The position numbers were made by a program, and so were the translations under genes. Shown here piece after piece: positions 54,906-64,000 of a DNA stretch of 64,000 nucleotides (positions within the stretch are counted from its first letter, which is position 1; every line of letters starts with the position of its first letter). The stretch comes from Octopus vulgaris (Eukaryota). The notes under the pieces were generated by a model. The model searched no databases. It worked only from the letters and a program-made list of their open reading frames with translations, and was not told the origin of the DNA. Location: assembly GCA_951406725.2 (NCBI GenBank), contig OX597833.1, positions 16,058,001 through 16,122,000 on the forward strand. The letters run 5' to 3'.

Positions 54906-55482
54906 ATTCAATGCTTATGATTCAATATCTTCCACATCATACACGCATCCTTTCCTGTTCTTTCTTTTGTTATCAATAACAATGTTACAGCACCAAACGG
55001 CTTCCATACGTCCATGTGTTAGACCGTATACCTAACCATTTATAAAGCTACTGATAAGTCACTTATCTCGTCTGTCATTTTAGCTTTTGCTAGTCTCATT
55101 ATTCCGTCTCTATTTTCATACGATGTACATTCTTTCTAGACTTCATAATTCCCAATCTAATCGTCCCATTCTTTATACATAATTTACTCTACGTCTATCT
55201 ATTAATAAACTTTATATCTCCTTTATTGTCTACTTTCAGGTTCCAGTAACTTAACCAGTCTCGAGAAATTATATCTCATTATATTTATATTATACTTGCT
55301 AACTATGTAAATACTTGAAGCTGGACGGACTAAATTGTCTTTATTTACTAAACTGATAGCCTTTCAAACCCCATCAGCTATAAAATAAGTGTACGCAAAC
55401 ATTATTGTTTCAGGATGTCTTCACCCTCAGCTGAAAATTTTAACCCTTTCGAACAGCGGCAAAAGAATATCTTTTATTGACT

Positions 55483-56030
55483 GCCTGTGGTTGTGTGGTA
55501 AGAAGCTACATTCTCAATCACATGGTTCTGGGTTCAATCCTATTGCGTGGCACCTTGTGCAAGTGTCTTCTGCTTTAGCCTCGGGCCGACAAAAGCTGTG
55601 TGAGTGGTAGACGGATCCTGAAAGAAGCCCGTCGTAAATATGTGTGAGTGTATGTTTGTGTGTGTGCGTGTGTGTGTGTGTGTACGTATGTAGTTATGTG
55701 TGTGTGTACGTATGTAGTTATGTGTGTGTGTACGTATGTAGTTATGTGTGTGTGTACGTATGTAGTTATGAGTGTGTGTACGTATGTAGTTATATGTGTG
55801 TGTCTTTGTGGCTGTGTTTGTCGTCCCATCATTGCTATATAACCGACGCTGGTAAGTTTTGTCCCCGTAAATTAGCGGATCAGCAAAAGGGACCGATAGA
55901 ATAAGTACTAAGCTTACAAAGAATAAGTCCTGGAGGTCTATTTCTTCGACTATAACCATTTAAGGCGATGCTCCAACATGGCCGCAGTAAAATGACTGAA
56001 ACAAGTAAGAGAATAAAAGAATAAAAAGAA
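55483..56030 (+). mobile_element. Diverged SINE family A with internal 24-bp minisatellite (55680-55800)
   Basis: Family match; tgtgtgtacgtatgtagttatgtg x5. Confidence 0.8.
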
Positions 56031-56381
56031 AAATTTATATAAACTTCGTAAGCAGTCGAAAGGATGTAATCGCGAAATTTCAGCCTTGCTCGATGGCTAT
56101 CAAACCTGGCTAGAGCGACCTGAACCCTTTCCGTGTATGAAGTAGTTTCAAGAAAATTTAATGCGATGCCGCTTCTTATTGCCTCTTCTAACATCTTAAC
56201 TAACTCACCCTCTACTCCGTTTCTATCTACGGCTAGTGCTTTGCTATATCTAATTGCTTCCGCTTTTACTGCTCTCTTGAGGGCGAACCACCATTTGTTG
56301 TTGACGATGGCTCCCGTTAAATCCTTCTTTACTAACGTGCTGATTCGGTCTCTGAAAACCTGTCTGATAGATAGATAGATG

Positions 56382-56427
<46 letters not shown>

Positions 56428-56515
56428 CAGACAGACCAATTCAATGCTTATGATTCAATATCTTCCACATCATACACGCATCCTTTGCTGTTCGTTCTTT
56501 TATTATTTATAACAT

Positions 56516-56929
56516 GGCGTAGGAGTGGCTGTGTGGTAAGTAGCTTGCTTACCAACCACATGGTTCCGGGTTCAGTCCCACTGTGTGGCACCTTGGGCAA
56601 GTGTCTTCTACTATAGCCCCGGGACGACCAAAGCCGTGTGAGTGGATTTGGTAGACGGAAACTGAAAGAAGCCCGTCGTATATATGTATATAAATATATA
56701 CATGCGTGTATGTGTGTCTTTGTGTGTTTGTGTTTGTCCCCCCCAACATCGCTTGACAACCGATGCTGGTGTGTTTATGTCCCCGTAACTTAGCGGTTCG
56801 GCAAAAGAGACCGATTGAATAAGTACTAGGCTTACAAAAAATAAGTACTGGGGTCGATTTGCTCGACTAAAGGCTGTGCTCCAGCATGGCCACAGTCAAA
56901 TGACTGAAACAAGTAAAAGAGTAAAAGAG
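56516..56929 (+). mobile_element. SINE family A, full length
   Basis: Family match; the empty site is preserved in the duplicate at about 54980. Confidence 0.9.
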
Positions 56930-57849
56930 AATGTTACGGCACCAGTGACCTCAGTAAATTGAGAAGTGAAACTAATGAATACAAAACAGTTGTTATCTGA
57001 AATGAAGTGTCGTGGGGTCCCTAGGAGAGGTTTGCTTTATGTCAAGTATTTCTGTCATCAAAGCTAGTTCTTTGTGAAAGTGTAACGTCCTGATCAGGAA
57101 GCTGTCGATCTCTGTTCTGCACATAAATTTTCAGCCTCCTCTTTCACCTCTGCTTCATTATTTTCCTAATACCATGTATTTTTTCGAACAACTGTATATA
57201 CGAAGATGAAATCTCAACATATTTTTATTACAGTTCTTTTTCTCTTCTTCTCAAAAATATCTATGAACAGGTTCTTGAATCCTGAAGAACCCGTCTTCAT
57301 GTGCCGGATAAAATATATTACTGAACCGATATTAACAATCAACTAAAGCGCAAGAACGTTCGTCATTGTCGTTTTGTATCTACTACGCCTAGAACATTAC
57401 GTTTTTTCTATTTCTGTTTTTATTGTGGTTGACGTTTGTTGCTTCATTTATCGCTGTCTTTGTTACTGCTGTAGAGTTTTTATCTTTTCCGCCTCTACAC
57501 TGCATCAGTGGTTTTGCGGTCTTATTCTGTTATTCGTGCTATTGTTATTGATGTCGATGTCACCTTTATTGATATTGTTTTTCTCCACGTCACTCTTTTC
57601 CTTTCCTTCTATGATTAAATAGGTACAATACGTTCTTAAAGCAAAAGCTATAGATAAATATCAAAATTATTAGAGGTTTCAGTCTTAAAACAAATTTAGT
57701 AAAAATTAGGGTTCGATAGATTTGTCTAAGTTACTACAAACGTTAACTGGAAAAATAAAGGAAAGAACTACTCCTGCTTTAGATATAGGTGTATATTACA
57801 TAGGTAGTGTGCAATTATTTACTTCACTACTTCAGGGAGTGAAGACCCT

Positions 57850-58320
57850 GCCTGACACGAGTCCCGTGCTCAGCTAGCTCCGGCTGACAGTACCCGGTAT
57901 GGACCCGTATTCAGGGTTATGGAAAGGAGACAACCTTCAATGATATCTTGAATGGAGCCCCGCAGGCGGTTTAGTGTTTCACTCGACACTCTTCCGGTAG
58001 CTCCTGAAACCAAGCTGGTACCAAACGTAATGCTCTGCATTCCTTCGGACTACGTCAGGAAGGTCGAGAGAGGAATCCTGACGATTGGGCTACCCAGGAT
58101 TTTCGTACATCTAGCCCAGACCTGCGCAAAACTGGAGAGGAAACTGGTGAGGACACTTCAGTGCTGCTGTAAAAAGCTTCGCTACATCTGCGTCACATGC
58201 CAGAGTGTTTGTCCAGGGTGGGGCTACACAGCCACAGCAGCACATGTAAATGATATGAAGTGTAACAACCAGACTCCATTGTCTCCCGAGACAAAAAGGA
58301 TGCCAACAACAACAACAATA
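57850..58320 (+). mobile_element. Probable non-autonomous RTE derivative (5' UTR fused to 3' end)
   Basis: GC-rich UTR-like block, residual YICVTC..GLHSH-like coding, end cgagacaaaaaggatgcc(aac)n. Confidence 0.5.
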
Positions 58321-58845
58321 TTACATTTCGAAGCAAGGGTGGAATATTTGAATATCTTTGACTTTTGGAGATATATATTAAGCCACTTTTCTTCTGCAGA
58401 CATCATTAATCTATTTTCACGTCATTTATTGCAAACTTTCAATACACATGATACCACATATTTGCAGCACAGTCACAATGTTATTCAAGCAACCACCCAT
58501 TTTCTCCACCCCTTATTCTTCGGAGAATCGTTGGGGTAGAGTCCTCGGGTACCTCCCCAACACGCTCCTGAAAAAGTTATAAAATCAAAATAGATAAAGA
58601 AGAAATTGAAGAAATTGAAGAAGAAGTTGAAGAAGAAGAAGATGAAGAAGGAGGAGGAGGAGAAAACGAAGAAGAATCCTTTCTACTGGAGGCACTGAGC
58701 CTCAAATTGGGCGTGGCGGGGCACTAGCCGATTACATCGGCCCCAGTGTTTCACTGGTACTTAATTTATTGACTCTGAAGGATGAAAGGCAAAGTCGACT
58801 CAGAACGTAGGGACGTGCTAATGATTCAGCCAGCTCACCGCCTTA

Positions 58846-58921
<76 letters not shown>

Positions 58922-58922
<1 letters not shown>

Positions 58923-59392
58923 TGTTTTGTCTTGGTATAAAAGATGGGCTGCAGTAAATATTCTGCTCAATACCACAGATTTGCTTGTCAGATGTTTGAC
59001 CATAACCATTTGAGCATGTCCCTTAATGGCTGACGATATGTGCATCTCTGATCACGAGCAGAAGTAGTGGGGGAGCATCATAGCCATGTGTTGAGAGGGA
59101 TTCTTTGGGGTTTGAATAATTCACCTCTAGAAACATGGGTGTTTCATTCAACATCCTTAAACAACAACTTATTCAGGGACCTTTTGAGCAGGACGGGCTA
59201 CTTGACCTGAAGAAAATTCTAACTGGGCCCCACCTGCAAGGTCATGTGCTCTTTATCTTAATATGAGATCACCATGTCGCGCACATAAGGTTGTGATGCA
59301 TGTGCCTAGTGTACCCTTATCAGACGTGTAGTCATGATGGGTATACTGGGCTTTGTATATTTTTCCCCAGTGTCACTTTGCTCTCTCACCCA
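58922..59392. mobile_element. Repeat family D, second copy (opposite orientation to 2831-3381), in (TAA)n
   Basis: Reverse-complement match. Confidence 0.65.
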
Positions 59393-59549
59393 ATAATAAT
59401 AATAATAATAATAATAATTTATTCTTCATTTATACAAACAACTCTGCCTTCCATGCTCCACTATAAATTCTTTTAAATAACAGACATGTATATGCGCTAC
59501 ATTTATTTTTACGACAAAAATTATCTATCAACAGTGATACGTCAATAAT

Positions 59550-60182
59550 TCTTTCTAATCGTGGTACAAACCCAAAAATTTTGAAGGGAGGAGAAAGTCG
59601 ATAACATCAACCACAGGACTTGCCTGGTAAGTATTTTATCCACCCCGAAAGTCAGAGTAGATATTGGAGGAGTTTAAATTCAGAAGGTAAGGAACTGAAC
59701 GAAATGCCGCTAAGCATTTTGTCCGACATGCTAACGATTTTGATTGGTCGCCGCCATGGGAAACACGTCAATATAATTTCTTTTACTATAGGTGCAAGTC
59801 CTGAAATTTTGGGAAAGGGAGCTTGTCGATTACATTAACCCCAGTAACAAACTGCTACTCATCGACCTCAAGTGGATGAAAAGTAAAGTCGAACTCGGCG
59901 TAATTTGAACTTAGATCGTAAAGCCAGACGAAATACCTATTTCCATTTCTTTACTACCCACAAGGGGCTAAACACAGAGGATACAAACAAGGACAGACAA
60001 ACGGATTAAGTCGATTATATCGCCCCCAGTGCGTAACTGGTCCTTAATTTATCGATCCCGAAAGGATGAAAGCCAAAGTCGATCTCGGCAGAATTTGAAC
60101 TCAGAATGTAACAGCAGACGAAATACCGCTGATCATTTCGCCCAGCGTGCTAACGATTCTGTCTCTGCCAGTTCACCGCCTT
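59550..60182 (-). mobile_element. Cluster of SINE family B units
   Basis: Two old units and one young unit. Confidence 0.8.
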
Positions 60183-61211
60183 AGGGAACATATGAATAAT
60201 ACTGATGCGGTCACTTGTCACAATCTCTGCAGCTAATATCCGTCGAGGGTTTGGTGTAGTTTCCTCTCAATGCGTCCTGAACTCAAATTCCATTGATCAG
60301 GATTGATCAAATATCTGACTAGAAGTATTTTAAAGCCAATTCAGTCAGCTTTAATATACTTTATTGATGCAAGACTACTCTTGTTTTTCAGTTAGAGAAT
60401 CAATATTTTAATCATGTTAAAGTGACTTCTGCAGACAAACTTGATTTTTCACAATAAATGTTTTGCATTCTGTGAGAAAATCCTCTGAAATGCTTTTGAT
60501 CTCATAGAGATCGATCAAATCGATTTTAGCCAATTTCTAGGATCTATTTACTCTGCTCCTCGCCCTCTTATACAATTTGTGCAAGTGTGTCAATGTAAGT
60601 GAATGTGAGAAATTAGTACTTCAATGTCGTAAAATTTCACATGACTAAATCTATGTTAGATGCAAGAGCAGAAATATTGTGGTGAGGAAAATAAGCTTCT
60701 TCAGCGTTTAGCTCGGTTAACAAAAACATTATCTGTATAAATAAAATTCTCTGGCGTCAATAGTACTCTCCACAACGGCTCATTGGTTCGGCTCACTGAG
60801 GTCTTTAATCTTAATCTTCTCGCTTGATATCAGTCATTTACAAGTGCTTAATTTTAAAGACATCCCAACATATTTGTGTCTGTAGTACCACAAGATATTT
60901 CAATAGAACAGCATCAAACGTTATTTTCAATAACGACATGTACATCAATTGGAACAGCTCAACTTAGTGTCTCTTCTTTCGTCAAGATAACAGGCGATAA
61001 TTAAATTATTCAAGCGCACGCCTAATGTGTTTGGATAAATCTAATCAAAGAGTAGTCAACGCAATTAAATTAATTTGCAGAATTCGGTCAACTGGTAATA
61101 GATGTTAAGACATGAACAAGGACTTTGTTTGAGGACTTTGACGGATGCAACGACGTTCATGGATAGATACAATTGCGCATATCCATTCACACGCACACAC
61201 ACACACACATA

Positions 61212-61415
61212 CACAGTGTGCAATGGGTAAATTGTCGCCATTCTATATTTTTAATTTCGTGCAAGTGCATTGTTTATTTTTTTATTTTGTCAATGACACA
61301 GTATAGTAGGGTCAGTTGGGCACCGTCTGTGAGAAAAAACATCACCACGATGCAATTCCCTCTGTCAGTAATTTGGAAACAACATTCGGTACTGTTTGGC
61401 ATTCGCGCCGGAAGC
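61212..61415 (+). mobile_element. Possible 5' end of a Tc1/mariner-type element, followed by a decayed SINE (61415-61680)
   Basis: TA + cacagtgtgcaatggg start, then an MQFPLSVIWKQHSVLFGIRAG start; weak. Confidence 0.35.
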
Positions 61416-63136
61416 TAGTGGTTACGTTGTTGCGCTTGCGATCGTGAGGTCGTGGGTTTGATTCCCGTACCGAGTGTTTCGTTGTGTTCTTGAGCAAAAC
61501 ACTTCATCTCACATTGTCCGGTGATCACTTTGACAACCGACGTGTGGCACACTGTGCACAGGAGCAATGTCGATTTCATGGAGAAAGTCAGCTAATGTGC
61601 AGCACGCGCATTTTATCCCTATAAACAAATCACCACTTTATTCAGCAAGAAATTGTAAAACCGCTTTTCGCGGACCCAATAGACTACATGCAAACATATC
61701 TACCCTCAATAAATTTGTGAAAACGAGTGTGAATGTGACGGGAATGGCCTACTTTGAGCTTAGGCCTGTAGGTAGGAGAGAGCAGACGACTGAGGCCTAT
61801 AGGCAGGAAAGAGCAGACGACTAAGGCCTTTAGGCAGCGGAGTGCAGACGACTCCCCATGGTACCATTGGCGGTCGGTTTTTTTCAGGGATCGATGAGGT
61901 TTCTTTGTTACTCTTGGCTGGTATTCTCCGCTCTATTGAAGAATTTTGTTGCTATCTATTTTCTTATTAATTGTTACTACCTTATATATTCATGTGTATA
62001 TGTAAATCCCCACTGTTCCTTGTCTTTGTATTGACCTACATGACTTTTCAGCCCTCGGAGTCTATAAAGAATTTTTTTCAGAAATACCTAACAATTCTAA
62101 GACAGAAGAATAAAATCAGCTAGTTTCGAATTCGAAAAAGGATTCGGTGCTTTATCAGGCTGCAAGTCTGTCCAAGATCGATGTTATCAAACAGCCACTA
62201 CGCTTTCCCACGAGTTTATTTCGACAATTCACAGATGAAATATGAAGTAGAGAAGTTATGTTTTTCAATAGAAGTGTCTTTACTCCTGTTTTGGGGAAAG
62301 TTGACCTGCTGCCCTTGTCGTTTGTGAAGGAGCTTTCTCCTTTGACTTCATACGATTGCTTATGGAATCCGCTCATAAGCACGCATAGGCACGCACACAT
62401 ATTATCACAAACATCACACTTACACATATCAAATATCCATAGTATAGAAATGCAGAAATGTGTTTTAAATAGATGAATACATCACGGAATCGACTCGTGC
62501 TGTTTTGTGTGCTTATAATGATGCAATTCCGTCTTTCAGCTGCACTGCTTGATAAAGATGAAACAATATTTATAGAACTCCATCTCAATATTAGGAAGCA
62601 CAGTTCAAATATATGCTTATATATGTGTGTGTGTGTGTGTGTGTGCACGCGTGTAAGTGAGTAGATATGTATGCAGCGAAAGGATATGTACTCATACATC
62701 CATAGATCTGTGGCATATGCATACACATATTGCCTTTCATCCTTTCGGGGTCGATAAATAAAGTACCAGTTTCGCACTGGGGTCGATGTAATCGACTTAA
62801 TCCGTTTGTCTGTCTTTGTCTGTCCTTGTCTGTCCTTGTTTCTCCCCTCTATGTTTAGCCCCTTGTGGGTAGTAAAGAAATATACACATATATAAAGACA
62901 TGTACACATCACGCACACATACGTATAATATATACACGCCGATGTCGAACAGTAAGAATGGGTGCCCAAAACCGCATTTGTGCATAAATATTCTTTATTT
63001 GTTAGTTAACAAGACTACCATTGCTTTCATGCCGAGACTTCTCGACCACGTGGGGTGTTGGTACTCGTCACCATCGTCGTATTCTCGTCCAAGATGGAGA
63101 CGAGTCCCATGTGGCAGCCTTGATAATCGCTGGTAT

Positions 63137-63326
63137 TCGCCATGATAGATCGCTAGCCACTACACATTCTTTATTTTCTCTCCTTGTTTCTTTCTGTGTT
63201 CCTTTCTGTGTAAGAGCGTAGGCTCGAAACGTTAAAGACTTTTTCGCTTCCCGAGCGTTATACTAATACATCTGTTTGTTGTCTAAACCACCTGTCTTCG
63301 TCTTTTGTTTTTTGTGAATTCTCCCA
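63137..63326 (+). mobile_element. HHR-A family element; mutated HHR motif 63202-63237
   Basis: CUUU-CUGUGUA-a-GAGC(guag)GCUC-GAAAC-GUU^-AAAG. Confidence 0.75.
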
Positions 63327-63336
63327 ATATATATAT

Positions 63337-63740
63337 AGGAGTGGCTGTGTGGTAAGTAGCTTGCTAACCAACCACATGGTTCCGGGTTCAGTCCCACGGC
63401 GTGGCATCTTGGGCAAGTGTCTTCTGCTATAGCCCCGGGCCGACCAATGCCTTGTGAGTGGATCTGGTAGACGGAAACTGAAAGAAGCCTGTCGTATATA
63501 TTTTATATATATATATATATATATGTGTGTTTGTGTGTCTGTGTTTGTCCCCCTAGCATTGCTTGACAACCGATGCTGGTGTGTTTACGTCCCCGTAACT
63601 TAGCGGTTCAGCAAAAGAGACCGATAGAATAAGTACTGGGCTTACAAAAGAATAAGTCCCGAGTCGATTTGCTCGACTAAAGGCGGTGCTCCAGCATGGC
63701 CGCAGTCAAATGACTGAAACAAGTAAAAGAGTAAAAAGAG
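63337..63740 (+). mobile_element. SINE family A
   Basis: Family match. Confidence 0.9.
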
Positions 63741-63771
<31 letters not shown>

Positions 63772-64000
63772 AGTATTTCATACTTTCAACGCTAACGAAG
63801 TTCGAACCTTCATAACGCAGCCCATTTGAAACAAATTCTTCTCCGAAGAATAAATCCTAAAAGCCGATCTATGTTTCTGCTTTTCACTGTTTCAAGAAGC
63901 TTCGCGTTCAGTGAATCTTCAAATCCTTGTCACTAAAACACTTGTATACGAAAGCTAAGGAAAAGTGATGAGTCGGTGGTCAACATATTTAGTTATACAC

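Noticed and set aside
57952-58539. 195-aa ORF as a gene
   Set aside because: Reads through a retroelement derivative, its (AAC)n tail and flanking DNA; no domain recognised
60185-61170. Unique-looking region as gene or transposase
   Set aside because: No ORF of 60 aa or more and no motif I can identify; left unannotated
62115-62165. HHR-like CUGAUAA...GAAAC on the minus strand
   Set aside because: Broken core and no stem III

Overview
AT-rich, repeat-saturated animal non-coding DNA. The SINE families and microsatellite spectrum most resemble an octopus/cephalopod genome (inference). No intact protein-coding gene can be supported; almost all ORFs in the supplied track are microsatellite or SINE read-throughs. 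The window holds three tRNA-derived SINE families (here A, B, C), decayed mariner/Tc1 transposases and MITEs, two 8-bp-TSD MITEs, two non-autonomous Helitrons, R4/Dong, RTE, CR1-like and L1/Tx1-like LINE remnants, and two Penelope-like element (PLE) coding remnants. The main signal is a dense set of minimal type I hammerhead ribozyme (HHR) motifs, found by eye in at least 8 unrelated small element families. Most sit in (TA)n tracts and several lie inside inverted repeats. They include all three Watson-Crick versions of the 3:8 core pair seen here (C3:G8, U3:A8, G3:C8), and one family couples a tRNA-like Pol III promoter to the HHR. SINE B appears to share its 3' tail with the local L1/Tx1-like LINE. 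Repeat boundaries are approximate; HHR coordinates were counted base by base. No activity has been shown.
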